Of a stretch of DNA of 64,000 nucleotides, positions 23,991-37,738 are shown piece after piece. The stretch is from contig NW_024704742.1 of NCBI RefSeq assembly GCF_018977255.1, positions 39,806,001 to 39,870,000 on the forward strand. Reading direction: 5' to 3'. Positions within the stretch are counted from its first letter, which is position 1, and each line of letters starts with the position of its first letter. Source of the stretch: Callorhinchus milii (lineage: Eukaryota). The notes beneath the pieces are model-generated. The model saw nothing but the letters and a program-made list of their open reading frames with translations, did no database searches and was not told the origin of the DNA. The position numbers and the translations under genes were made by a program.

Positions 23991-25094
23991 GGAGACATAC
24001 TCAGTTTTATCACAGTGGAACAAGTACTAGAGTTTAAACTCACTATTATAAACCACAAAACTAAAACTTTTAATTAGTATATAAAGTTTTGATTTTCTCC
24101 ACAGCTATCTCCAATGTTATTTTAAAGACAGTCATAAGGGTATATAAGCAGCTTGTGCAGGAGAGTTGATTGAAAAAGGTTTGCTTTGAAACAATTCCAA
24201 ATTTTAGTCCTTTTCTTTGTAAAGACACTAAGCATATGATTAAATCAGCTAACTTAAAACAATTCAAAATACTCTTTCCTTCCATCCGATTTAGAAAGCT
24301 CATTGTCCTCCTGCTTTACGGAAAGTTATTTGTGCTGAAGCACACTGAATGTAAAACTATTGCAAGATTTCTTTTTCATTTTTTCTCTTTTGGAAGGTTT
24401 TCCACAAATTGTTTATGCATTGATTCGTGCACTTCGTGAAGTTCAGCAGCTAATGGAGAGTGCAGAGGTTGGGGAGATGGTGGTTCTTCATCTTGTTTTC
24501 AGCTGTAAAAACATTTCGCTCTCTTCACTGCTCTGCTGAGAGGCTGATCTGGCTGCTGGAAACAACAAGAGGACAGGACCCTGGCTTTGTAGACTTTACA
24601 AGTCAAACTGGATGAACCTGCTGGCATTTGCTTTGCCACTAAAAAAAATTAGTGGTGTTTATTTTGCAGTCCAGGACTTGAGGTCAAAATAAATATTCTG
24701 CAAGATATCCCTCTGTATTTAGGAGAATAAAAGTGAATCAAAGAAGTTACATCACTTGTTTCACATTAGGGTTAAGAATGTGATGTTTGCAATCCAAACA
24801 TCCCTGCAATAATTGTGATTTCCATCTTGTGCCTGAAATTACATAATTCACTAATAAAATAGTAAGAGTTGCTGCATTTGATATAACAATATAGAAAAGT
24901 TATCTCAAATCACAGCACTTTTACTGTGTGGGTAGTCATTATGTATTTTGTAGGTGAAGAGTTAGCAAAATATTGTAGACTAATTGAGCTAAAGAAAATC
25001 ACAAGAAAAATTTAAATTATGAAGTCTGGCAACAAAAATTGCAACCAGTATTCTCCTTTTGTTTGAATTTTCCAGCCTTTCTCCAGTTGGAATG

Positions 25095-25245
25095 ACGCAC
25101 AAACAGCCATGAAGTGAATGACCAATTCCATCTCAGGGATTGCTGGCCAGGATACCATGATAAACTCCCTTCTCTTTTCAAATAGTGCCTTGGGTTCCTT
25201 AACATTCACCTGAACAGGCAGCCTGGCCCTCAACATGCACTCCTT
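25095..25245 (-). mobile_element. Old Deu-domain SINE fragment
   Basis: CACAAACAGCC..ATGACCAATT..TGGCCAGGA..TTAACATTCACCTGAACAG. Confidence 0.7.
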
Positions 25246-25427
25246 AAAAAATTCCATCGCTTTTACATGTCACTTGAACTAACCTTTAGATTTTATAATT
25301 TAAAGAGGATGTATATTTGGGGAAAAAGTTATGCACTGTATGTGAATATTTTAAATACACTGTGAGGTGTAAAATGTAGGATTATATGTGATGTGATAAT
25401 TAATTGTCACATCACATACTTCACTCA

Positions 25428-25530
25428 AGTTTCACCCACAAAATATACAGTCAATTCACTTTACAGTATATTGAAGCGCTTAGAGACATCTCTAAGACTT
25501 GATAAGGCACTATATCATTATTATTATTAA
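25428..25530 (+). mobile_element. tRNA-SINE 3' fragment
   Basis: CACAAAATATACAGTCAATTCACTTTACAG..ATTATTATT. Confidence 0.8.
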
Positions 25531-28500
25531 AGATAACGTTGCCTTTGGAAGCATGTTAAAAGCACATTACAACAAATGATATCACAGATGTATCATTTTG
25601 TAGATTCTCAAATAGACAGAGAGAAGCAATGCACATCATCAGAGATTATGTTAAGATGTTGGAATTGAAGCGACTAGTGAATCATTACTCCAAATGAAAG
25701 CTAATAAAGAGTGAGCATTGTCATTTAATTTGGAAATGGTTTGTTTAGTGGTACGTCCAGTTACAGCCTACTATTAAAAAATTAATGGGTTGTCCAGCAG
25801 ATTACATTTTTAAAATCTTTATTCTGCTTGAATCATCTATTCTTTTACAAAACAAAATAGAACTCTATCCCCAGTAAAATATTTGTGTTCACAGCCTGAA
25901 ATTAGAATGCAGTTCTGACTAATGCACAGATGATTAATATCTGTTAAACTCCTTACCTACTGTTAACAACTGAAGGACCCACAGCACAGTCAACTCTGCT
26001 CTGTACCATGTCCTGGAACCTCCGAGCCTGTGGCTAACTCTTCTTCAAGTACTAACACCTGTGAAAACAAGAGCAATGTTTGTCTGAAAACTCTTACAAA
26101 AGAAATGCTGAACTTTTGTTACCAATAATAAGATACAGATATAATGCACTTATGATCAGTTGAATCAAACCAAAGGACAGCAGCTATTTTCATAGAGAAA
26201 GAGGGCAGAAAAATGTTTAGTTTAAAAAAGAAACATTCCTGATAGACAGAAGAAGAGACATGAGTCATAGCCCTGCTATTATGAATAAGGAGATGAAAAA
26301 CGATGGAAAAGTCAAAGGTCTCATGTTATAGATGAACCACCACTATTTTAAATAGTCACTGGGGTCTGCAGCAAGTGGCGTAGGAAATGATCACAAAAAG
26401 TTGCAAAACAAGCTCCAGACCTCAGTGGAGTGCTTCATGGTTACCCAGGGCTCCGACATATAAACACTCACCAGCTACACTGATAATACATCATTCATGC
26501 ACGGTTACCAAGAGCCGATTATGACCTTAAGTTAGTAATGCAGAACAGGGACTGTACTCCTACAAACTGCCCAAAAGAAACAGACATAGGCACTACTTTC
26601 TGGCAAACAAATACAGTTTTGTGAAACTCGCTTCCTGTGCAACCATGCGGTGCAATATTTTTGGCTCTCTTTCAGAACTTTGAGCGTGTTTTATTATTCA
26701 TCTATTTGAAGTAAACGATCTCTCAAAAGAAGTGTGTTGCTTGGTTGCTGGAACAACATTGAGGTTCTTAGGCCTGCCTAAGATTTCTTGCACTAAGACC
26801 TAATTAGAAGGGTCACTGGAACCCATTTATTGGTCTTATGCATGAAGCAAAGCCAAGACCCGTTTACAGCAGCAATATTCTGCTCAATTTAAAGCAATAT
26901 TTTCTTTCTTTCAGACAGCTGCCAAGAAAAAACATATTTGTCTGAAGATTTGTTTTCTTAAACGCTGTGAAACTTCTAGGCATTGTGAACATACCATCAC
27001 CTTTGTCACCTTACGTTTTCAGAGTGCTATGTAGCTCGAAGTGTTCTGCCCTAGGCCTACCAAACCCAGGTGCACTTCTCCACAGGCAGACTATCACTTG
27101 CAGCAATGAGTGTGGATGTGGAGACAATTGGAAAGATCATATCCTGAGGGTATATGTAAGATGCTTGACAAAGATCAAGGAGAAAGGCACATATGGAAGT
27201 TATACAAAATAATTGGAAGGATTAAAGTAGATAAATCATGTGGTTTTAATATACTGTAAGTTTACATTGAGCTTGTAATGATATTCTTCACATTTTTGAC
27301 AGGATAATGTCTGTGAAATGAACACTGATTTCAATATGAGGCATCAATGCGATTTGTTTGTTGGGGGGATTTATTTCCCTTTCTCTTACCTTCTCCTGAC
27401 TGAAAGGCTCGGTCTGTTGCTGAGGAGCTGTTCAACAGGTGCTAGTTGCCCTTAAGTATACGTTGCCCAAGTGACCATTCCTCATGTGTGGCCTGGACAC
27501 GTCAGCAGGCAGGTTGTTTCAATATGGAGTTTTTTTGCCAGTAGAAGTGGGTTAAAGGATCATCTTGGGAGTTGATGGTAATTGATTCTGGAGGTAGAAG
27601 CCACCTTGGTTAGCATTAGCTGTCTGTGACGTTGGGGCCACTCTAAGATAAAGAGAGTGTTACATCTAATGAACAAAGCTCATGCTCAGACTCAGCAAAT
27701 CCAGCGTCTGAGAATTTTCCTCTTCCCCTCAGTTTGAGTTTGATGAATTACAAATTCATGGCAGCTCATGTAACAGTGTTGTATGAACTCAGAGTCCTCA
27801 TGTTGGCAAGTTACCAGCTCACAAATGAACTGATTTGCTGTTTGAAAGTTTGTGTATATATACCTGAACATGTCACCCTGACGGAGCCTTTGAGGTAGCT
27901 GTCTGCAGACATCAAAGCAACGCAGTCTTCCTGACGCCTGACCTAGGCGCTTTCATGTAGTCCTTTCCCCCACAGCAACACCATTGTATTAATGGAATAA
28001 TAGATTCCATATTTATACTTTTCAGTGTGCTCGAGCACTGCCCATTAGACAAGTTGGTGCTAAATGGATGAAGCACCTTTGCTTTATACATGAAGCGAAC
28101 TATTCAGAGAAAAGCAATTTGTGCCCAAAAGGTACTTAAAGGATTTCCTCTCGTTCACACTGAGCTTTTCATTGAGACACATCAGAGTGAAAAATGCGAC
28201 TTGTGATTTGATACTTATCAGCAGCAATAGTTTACATGTGTCACAATCTCATTTTTCCCATTAAACGTTTCTCATATTATTAATACAACAGGAACCAAAG
28301 CATTCTCTGAATATTCTATAGCGCAAAGTAAATAATAATACTCATTGCACTTGATTTAGAGCCTTCTCACATCTTTGAAAACTCTCAAAGCCTTCACAGG
28401 ATATAGTATAAAATGATGTGGCTGTGTGTATTTCAGGTTAACTCTGACCCAAACCCTAAATGATATAGGGATACAAGAGAAAAACAAAACAATGCTTCAA

Positions 28501-28869
28501 TCCACAAATAATCAGCTATGGATCAACCTTGGCACCCAGACTGTGCTCTGCATACATGTGCATTAGCAAAGCATGGAACCATGAAAGAGTTGTTTGTAGG
28601 TCTCAGCCTAAAATCTCTATCAATAAATTGCTAATCTCAGTCAATACACATTCTGACTTCCAAGCATTGGCTCGGCCTGCGCCTCATACTTTCAGAGATT
28701 AACTCAGTTCCCTTCTTGACTAAACACTCCATTCCAGACAAATTGTAAATTACCATCTATGTGGATACTCTTAAGAAAGGTGATGAGTGTTACGTGTGTC
28801 AGACACCAGACTGACTAAAACTTCTCATTCAAAAAGCTAAGGCACGCACCTATTCACACAAGTTTGTAA

Positions 28870-29032
28870 AATGGCTGTTTGTTGGACATTGCTGTATGCA
28901 ACTGGCTACTACATTTCACTCACAAAAATACACTTTACAGTATATCCTGTGAAGCACTTTGAGATGTCTCAGCGACATGATAAGGCGCTATATCAAATGC
29001 AAAGGCACAATATCAAATGCAAGGATTATTAT
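28870..29032 (+). mobile_element. tRNA-SINE 3' fragment with duplicated tail end
   Basis: ATATCAAATGCAA present twice in tandem. Confidence 0.75.
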
Positions 29033-29214
29033 ATATTAATATTTATTTCACAGGAAGGGTGGCTGAGGCCAGGATTCATTTAAAAATATAGTTGGGTGCT
29101 CTGATAGGGATTGATTGGTAGGGGGGGTATTCTAGAGGGATGAAATAAGATGGGCTGAAGGGTCTTCTTCATCCAAACCAATCTTGTTACATGTTTGTTC
29201 TCATCTCTGGATAC

Positions 29215-29364
29215 TTGGGGTAAAAATTGCATTCAGCATCATGCACATTGCCTTTAAGGCTTGTCAGTCTTTAATGGGATTTCCCATCATTGTCAGTCAG
29301 CATGTTGGCAATCCACATCTATCATAGGAAATTCCATTAAAAGCTGAATTGAATTTTTACCCAA
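29215..29364. repeat. Imperfect palindrome, MITE-like
   Basis: GGGTAAAAATT..ATTCAGC / GCTGAAT..AATTTTTACCC outer arms; TTAATGGGATTTCC / GGAAATTCCATTAA inner arms. Confidence 0.7.
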
Positions 29365-29721
29365 TGTGTTTTCTGTTTAGCAATAATGTGGTTGTTGCTG
29401 GAGAAAAGACACATGAATCAAGACTTAAGAAAAGATGAATTAACTCGTATACATTGCAATGTATGTTACTTAGGGATTAGCAGGAAGTACGAACTTCACA
29501 TGTCAATGATGGACACATAGTATTAGAAAGTTATTGTCCCTGGAAAAAGCACTTAAATGCCTTAAGGAGAGGAGAAAAAATCCAGAAAGGATTATAGTGA
29601 GGGAGAAGAAAATAAGAGAAAACGGACACATACATGCACCAATACATTTCAAGTTCATTTTTAGCAAATGTAATCTTTTCTAAAATAAGTAATAGTTACC
29701 AAGTAGGCTCATCAATAATTT

Positions 29722-29902
29722 TTGGATTGGTTACTCAATCCAAGACTGTTTGAGGGACACTGCTGTGCGCAATTGGCTGCCGCATTTCGCCCACGAAAAG
29801 TATTCAGTCAATTCACTTTATAATATATTCTGTGAAGCGTTTTGAGATGTCTCGAAGATGTGATAAGGAACTATATCAAATTTAAGGATTATTATTATTA
29901 TT
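29722..29902 (+). mobile_element. tRNA-SINE 3' half
   Basis: Same family motifs as 671-1043. Confidence 0.88.
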
Positions 29903-30489
29903 TTACATTTGAACACACCTATACTTCTATTTGGTTTATGTTTCATTAATTTCGAAGAAGCAAGTGGTGAAAAAGTTTATGTTTTAGAACTAATTGGAGA
30001 TAATATAATGTGTTAACTGATATATTAAGGAAAATCTGATTTTTCCATAATGTATTCCTAAAGACTGGACCTTGCTGTGACTCACATTAGGCCCCTCCGC
30101 AATTTGGTGTTGGATTAAAATTTCAAATTCATGACCCTTCATAAGAATTTTCCTAATACAACTGATTCATATTATTTGAGAGTCCAGCATATTCATCTTA
30201 TTTCATAAACTTTGTCCATACAAGGATTAACATATGTCCTGAATGTATAAAATTTACCCCCAGATGGCAGTACAAGCCAACTAGCCCGTAGATAGTTTAA
30301 CAGAATCTTCTTGGAAACTCTGAATGTTTGATAAGAAAATCACATTTTTTGCATCAAAACATATTTTTTTGTCATTTTGATGGACTTTAGGTCCAGTTTT
30401 CTACACTTTGTATCCATAGGATTCCATCTGAAATGACCAACCAACGAAATTGAGTTTTTTTGGTGGCAGCCTGGTATTTGATACATATG

Positions 30490-31440
30490 GAAACCCAAAG
30501 CCCTACTACTTTCAAAATCCTTCTTGTCTACTGCCCCCACCCCTCCCCCAAACTACCCTTCCTCTTTCCTCTCAGACATTTCTTCTCATCCTTCTGCCTA
30601 AGTACCGAGCGTCTCTTCATAATAGGCAATTTCAACCTTCACCATCTCCTGCCCCATCTCTTCTGATTTCATAGACATCCACACCTGCCCTTAACCTCAC
30701 CTTCCCTAATTCCATGGCCTTGATATTTCTGAGCTATCTATCACGGACAAGGCCATCTACGACCATTTCCTCATTTCCCTCTCTTCCCACATCCCCTTTC
30801 CCTCTATCATATCTTCCATTATCTCTTTCCGCCCCTGGAAAAAAATACTTCCCTAGTCCTTCACTAATGCTCTCTCACCCTCAGACCTTCATTCTCTCTG
30901 GCATTCTCTCCACCTGCAACACTCTTGATACTACTAAAAGGCCACCTCTCCTCCACCTTAAATTCATTTGCCTCATTGAAATCGAGAAGCATCTCCCACC
31001 ATTCATGTTCTCCTCAACAGGAATCTCCGCTCCCTCAAAACCAAGATCTGTGCATTTGACGGCAGATAGCACAAAACAGTCTCACAGTTTACCATCAGAT
31101 CTGGCTTGTACATTTCCAAACCTATCACCTCTCGGGTAAAAAAGCCCAAATTGCTTTTTGGTTTAAAGCTATCCAGGAGGCCAAAATCGATTATTTCCAA
31201 CATCATCTCCTCTGTAAAAAGTTCCTGTTTTCCACATCATCTCTTCCTGCTCCCCTGAAGCACCTTCCAACCTCACTTCAGATGTCAAATGCGAAGCCCT
31301 GGACATCTTCACACCGAAAATAGACATCATCCATGTGGCTGCTATTTCTTTCCCTATGTCTTTAAGAATTCCTACTTCCTCTTCTACTGCCCCAACCTCT
31401 TGTTCCCTCCCTACAGCCCATTGCACCTATTGTACCTCAT
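30490..31440 (+). mobile_element. Old L2 LINE endonuclease-region relic
   Basis: TERLFIIGNFNLH (GDFN motif); C/T-rich plus strand like 18770-19140. Confidence 0.65.
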
Positions 31441-34400
31441 TCCTCAAAACCCTCATCAATCAGGTGAAACCTAACATTGACCCTATCTTACTGTGAAAGC
31501 TATTTACCCCAAATTGTAGGCTTTCCAAATGTCCATAGATAATTAACCTTTCGCATCTGGCCACAGAATAGCTGGAGACCATGAAAAAATCTTTAGAAAT
31601 AGGAATTTCTTTGACTACTTTGAAGTACAGATATTCTATGATGTGAAGTCTACAGCCATGGCACTTGATTGCTAACTTCCTACGACTTAAGTCTTTTTAT
31701 GATTGATATGTTGTAGGCACCTTTGCATTGGTTACAAGGATTCAACACATTTATAATTCTAACGGTGACTGCCAAATAAATGTCACCTGAATTATTTGCT
31801 AAATGCAAGATTTAAAGGGATTTCTTCCTTCTTTAAAACACCAAGCACTCTCAATTGTTCAACGAAGAAAGATGCATTTCTAAATTGACCTCAGTAAAAA
31901 GTTTTTTGGGTTGTTTAATGACACCCTATTTTTAGGTAACTCCAGGCAAGATCCTAACAGTTTCAGGTTGAATGGTGAATGTTCCCTCACTCTTCATCAG
32001 TAGTATGGAATGGACAAAAGTGGGAATCTGTTGATCAAGTTGAGCCAAGATTCAGAGGGCATTTCCGATACATCTGCATTGCATCATTCAGAGTTAAAGA
32101 GGTTTGAAACACACTTTTACTTCACTCTTACAGTACTTCTAACTTGCCAAATTGAAAATATTGTAAATTCATACCTTTATGTTTAATTGTAAAAAAAGAA
32201 GCATCATCCTGGAACTTTATGAATACTGTATAGTTCAGTTGCATACAACACCATAACTAAAAAGGCAGGAAGATGAATGTGTGAATGGTTAGTACACAAT
32301 CTCCCTTATCAATGGTCCAATCAAATCAATTATTTCAAGAAATATACTCTGGTTGAATAAGTTGAAAGATGTTTCAATTACCAGCCTAAAATGTTTTGGT
32401 TAACTATGTTGATCAATGCAAAATAATATCTTACTTAAGTATGTGCTATGTTTCTAAAACATTTCTCCATTGCTTACCATCTTTTTATGTGTATATATGT
32501 CCCAACATGTGGCGTAAGGATTACCAAGTGTAAAGCAAATATATTTTTGCCTTAATGAATAAACGCTCCACAAAGTCTTTAAATGGCAGTCAAAATTGCA
32601 TCAGGCCATGACTGACCTGGAAATAGACTTGATGACTAAATCTGGAAATCCACCTGAACAAGCAATAGACTGACCACCAACTCTTTCAAAATATGCAGCT
32701 CTGAACCATTTTATTGTGAAAAGAGACGAAAATAGCTCAACAAGAGGAAAACAGTTTTAGACATATCTCTTTAAGAGACAGCGTGGCCACTGTTGGCGAA
32801 AGAGTGAGGCACCAGATAAATATCCCACAAAGACCACTCCTGGGTTAGTGATTCATTTCTGGTCTGAAAAGCGCTATATCAAATGCAAGGATTATTATTA
32901 TTATTATTAATGGATCTTCTTATAATAACTCAGTTAAAAGACGTTTTTCTTTCAGGCCACATTATATTTAGACGCTTATGTGCTGTACAAAAAGCCACAG
33001 CACATACAAGACAGTCTTTGGCTTATTGGAAGATTACACCACTGAATCCAATGCAACTGCAAATGGTGATAACTAGTTTACTAATAGCTTCCTGCTACTA
33101 AGGCAGTCGGAGTGCTCTTACATGACTACTTAGGCTGTTTCATATTACATGTTCAACAATGTATTTTAATATTTAAACTTCATTAACAACTTTTTGGTTC
33201 TGCCTCTCTACATTTATTTTAATAAAAATATTATTGTATATAATTTTGGCCGACTCGAGACTTAACCTCCTGGAGTTCTGCATTTCAACCTCAGTAGACA
33301 TGTTATTTTATCGATAACGTCAGCGTGACTTTAAAATACTCTGGGTATTCGATTCAATGCTGCTTAAAATTAAACAAGAAAAATCAGTATCTGATGTTCA
33401 AATTGACTGTCCGTTTGGAAGATTTGGACTACTTTGTTTCTCTAAGTAGAGTTTCCTTGAATTTAGTTGAAGGCTTTTGTGTAAATTTGTAATGTCCACT
33501 GAACTCTGGCTGTATAACACCATAAAGTCTGTCAAATTTCAATTAAGACATGACTAATCATAATATCATAATATTTGAATCACAATATTCAAAATGCCTA
33601 GATAAAAATAGAATTTTAATTTGGAATTTCTTTCAAAGAAATGTTATAATCCCTCAAAAATGATAATTCTAATAATTCTTACACTTAGTATAATTTCACA
33701 TTGGGAGGACATCCCAAAGTGCCTCACATGATACACTGTAAAGTGCAGTGTGTTTTGTGGGTGAATTCAGTAAAAATAAATATCTATATTTATTACACAA
33801 AAAAGTGATTAGATTCCAAAATTGTGCTGTATTGAATTAATCAGCTGTTAAATTACCATTAAACCCTGATATTTGGCTGGAACACTTTATGATGGAGAGC
33901 AGGATTTTGCACTTTGAAGGCTATTTTGTTTACAAAGGAAATTAATGGGAATTCTATATTTATATCAGAATTGGGTCAGGTACATATTGATGTAAAATTG
34001 ACCACATACATGGAAGTTAATAATTCAAGTTTATTATCTTTCCTAAGTAAAAGAAAATCTGGAGTTATAAGCAAAGACCTATATGTATTATTATTGGGTT
34101 AAAGCTGCAATATTTGAAAGTATTGTGTAGAAAAATGATGCCGACATAGTTGTAGGGAAAATATTTCTTAATTTAAAGGTTTAAGAAAACTTGTTTGCTT
34201 CCACCATGAAGTATCACTTCCCTCTCACTCTTGCTCCCTCCCTCCCCTATCCATGTTCTTTTTCTTGTTCCATTTGTCAATGCTCAAAATGATTTATCCT
34301 CAGCCTGTTTGTTCATTTAGACTTCTGTTTATTTTGTTATTTGAACCCTTTAGTATATTTATTTGTTAAAATAGTAAACCTTGTTTTCTTGATCACAGTA

Positions 34401-34684
34401 CTCACTGACAAATATTGTTTTTGTCGCACTGCTAAGGGTTTGCGATCAGTTTTACCTGTCACTTTTCAGCCACCAGTTATCATGCAGTAAATTAAAGAAC
34501 AAGATTGTTTACAAATGTGAAGTTAGTTTTGTTGACCTTATTATATGAGGCTAACAAGTTAGAGAAAACAAAGCAGAAAGTTAACATTTACAATTTTGAT
34601 TAACTTACCACTAGTACTTTCATTGGAAACATCTGTACACTTACCAGCTAGTCACTGCGCACAACTATACAGAAGACTGCATGG

Positions 34685-34905
34685 ATGAACAGATATTCAA
34701 AAAGAGAAGGGAGTTTCTCCCAGTGTCCTGGCCAACATCCCCCCAAATTTAAAAAAATGTCATTTACATTATGGCTGTTTGTGAGACATTGCTGTGCTCC
34801 AATTGGCAGCCGCATTCACCCTCAAAATACACTTATCCCGTGAAGCGATTGATGGCATCCTCCTGACATGAAAGGTGCTATATCAGATGTAAGCATTATT
34901 ATTAC
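34685..34905 (+). mobile_element. Old Deu-domain SINE 3' part
   Basis: GGAGTTTCTCCCAGTGTCCTGGCCAAC..TGTTTGTGAGACATTGCTGTG..L2-type tail. Confidence 0.75.
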
Positions 34906-36398
34906 TGTTATTTATACTTGGTTCCTAATGGCATGAGTCATCTCATTGAAAGTTTAAGGAAATATCTGAATCTTATCAATATGACTGAAATTATTATCTG
35001 AATCCCTCCTCCCTTTTACAGGATATTATCTAGACAAACTTTCATGTATTATGTCTCAATAATAAATACCTGCTAGTTGGTGGATAACTTCATTTTATTT
35101 TGGGCATGTGTAGGTGTCACAGAAGCACAGATGTTCTGTATTGTTGCTGCACAATAATAGCCTCACTGTGGGATTAGTGATTCTGAGAGAGTTTCTGTAA
35201 ATGTATCCACCACCTTCAGTTCTGCTTAATAGATGTTAAGCCACAGTGGTAAAGGGGAGCTGCACTTTGGTCAGGGTCATATTTCTGTTCATGACATTCT
35301 TTTATTGCTATATGTAACATCACAAGGAGGGTGCTTCGAATCTCCATGGGTCTCCATAGTTCCCGATAACTCACGCTTATTAACATTCCACAATTCCTTT
35401 AGCTGGAACCTCTTTAAATGCCTTTGGAATATGATAGAAAGTAACCTAGAAATTTGGTTAGTAATTAAAGCAATTAAAGCTCAGTAATACATCTTTAATT
35501 TCCATCTAGCCAGTTTAGTGAAAGCCATCTGAAATCAATAAAAGCCTTGTTTCATTATTTACAATCTTCACTGCATTACTACTTTTTTGCTGTTGTTTGT
35601 TGTCCTCCTGACATGAAAGGCGCTATACAAATGTAATTTGTTGTTGTTGTACACTCTTATTGATTTTATCACTGATAATTCACAGAAAAAAAAGCTGTGA
35701 AGCTAATTTATATTTAGAGTTAACCTGATTGAATGTCTCTTAAAAACAACAACAAGATTACATTTGCATAGCGCCTTTCAACCAATTAGTTCCAAACATA
35801 AATTCATTCATCTCCCAATTCTTCACTCCATTATTTTTTTTTTGGTGAGATGAATACAACATTCACAGAAACTCATCACTATGTTTAAGAGTATCCAATC
35901 CAAACTACTGAGATCCACATATGCACAGAAATTTCTATTTACCTGGTATGGAGTTTGCACTCTCTCCCTGGAGTTATGCACACAGCTCGCCTCATCGTGG
36001 AAAGTATTACTTGCAGGTTAAGAAGAGTCAATGCTTGGGGACACTTGGGTGTTCAATAGACTACTGCTAGAGTTCAACCAATTAAAACACACAGCTTGCC
36101 ATTTAGAACATTAGTAGAAGGTTAAGCAGGATGTGCCAGAAGTACTATTACAACAACCCATCATAAGTAGGATAAAACTAACTAAACGGTCTAAACTCAG
36201 CTCACATTATTTATTCCCAATCACACGCTCAGTGGATTATGCAACATTGCTGTGAACCCTTGGCCTCCACAAGCTAGTTATCCTTGTGGTATCTTTTCTG
36301 ACACATCCTGCTTATACTAATACTTCCCATTGTTTCCCACTGGTTGTCTAGCTAGAGTCATCTGACACATTAGGGATTTGGCTTGCAGTGTTAACAAC

Positions 36399-36695
36399 AT
36401 TGTCATTCAACTGAAGAAAGTTAGCTCTCATCCAGGACTTGATGTCTGACAGATATTCTGTCAGGAGGGCAGTGGTCCTGGAGTCAAGGGTGGAGGCAGA
36501 GAGGTACAGTTGGGTGTCATCCGCATAAATGTGGAAGTTGACCCCATGTCTGTGGATGATGTCACTAAAAGGGAGCATATAGATGTTGAAGAGGAGGGGA
36601 CCAAGGACAGAGCTCTGCCTGAGGAACTCCACATGAGATGGTGCAGGGGCTAGAGGAGAAACCATTTTTAGCGATGAAGTGGAGGCTGTGTGAGA
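36399..36695 (-). mobile_element. L2 LINE RT core fragment
   Basis: [39 protein letters not shown]. Confidence 0.92.
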
Positions 36696-36719
36696 GGTAC
36701 GATCTGAACTATTCAAAGA

Positions 36720-36982
36720 CAGGACACCTGGAGAAACCCCTTTCTCTTTTCAAATAGTACCATGGAATCTTTAACTTCTACCTGAACAGGCAGACAGAAT
36801 TTAGGTTTAACATCTCATCCAAAGGACAGCACCTCAAACAATGAAACAAACACCTCACCCCCCCCACCCCCCCAGCATTACACTGGAGTGTCAGTTTAGG
36901 CAATATGAACTGAAGTCCTGATGTGATGCTTGAACCCACAAGCTTTTAACTCAGATGCAAGAGTGCTATCACTAAGCCAGGT
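36720..36982 (-). mobile_element. Old Deu-domain SINE 5' part
   Basis: Reverse complement of the 3195-3430 motifs, including the tRNA-like head. Confidence 0.75.
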
Positions 36983-37738
36983 TTAATTCAAATTAACAAA
37001 TATTTTGAATGCTTGCATATGTATTATATTTAAAAACTCGGCAATAATTTTTCAGAAATGCCTCAGATTTAAATTAATATTTTGTGTTTTAGAAAGAAAT
37101 ATCTAATAAATCTGTATCAAGTTCCTACTGAGAACACACCCACAACTTAAGCACCTACCCTAGATTTGTCAGTCAAGCCTGTCTTAAAGGGGACCTTTAA
37201 CTGAGTTTTACTCCCCCCCACCCCCAACAAGAATATTTTCACCCGCTGCCTATGCTGGTGTGCAAAACAGTAAGTGTACTCTGGTCTGATGCTATTCGGT
37301 GGTTGGGGCCCGATGGAGCTTTACTCTACTTCTGTAGCATTCTAAAACATCAAGAATTTGGAAAATTCTTAAATACATCCTTAATGTTGATGTTGTTGTC
37401 TTTAAGAATTTCAGGAAAAACAACTTCAAAGTTGACACTGAATTCAACAATTTGCCAAATTCTAGACACTCTAAAATACTAAAATAAATCTAGACCCAGG
37501 TGGAAATTATCTCCCACTTTTGGCATTGTGGAGGCAGCAGTGCTCTGCATCAGGTCATGTTGTACTGGATCTTGGAGTGGTTACTGCTGACACAGAGTGC
37601 CTGAAATAGAACAGTGTTCTATTTTCCACCACTTATATCCCTAACATAAACTAATCATATGTTGAAAAGAGTTTGCAAAATTGCAGTTCTACCAATCCAG
37701 CAAATTCACAAGGTTTTCTGTATGATTGATGCAGATTT

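Larger units (their letters stand above)
24596..26566 (-). other. Candidate spliced transcript: exons 26566-26472, 26058-25957 and 24638 onward
   Basis: Minus-strand sites tttcttttgggcag|, CTG|gtgagt, ctcttgttttcacag|, TAG|gtaagg, ctaattttttttag|; no homology recognised. Confidence 0.3.
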
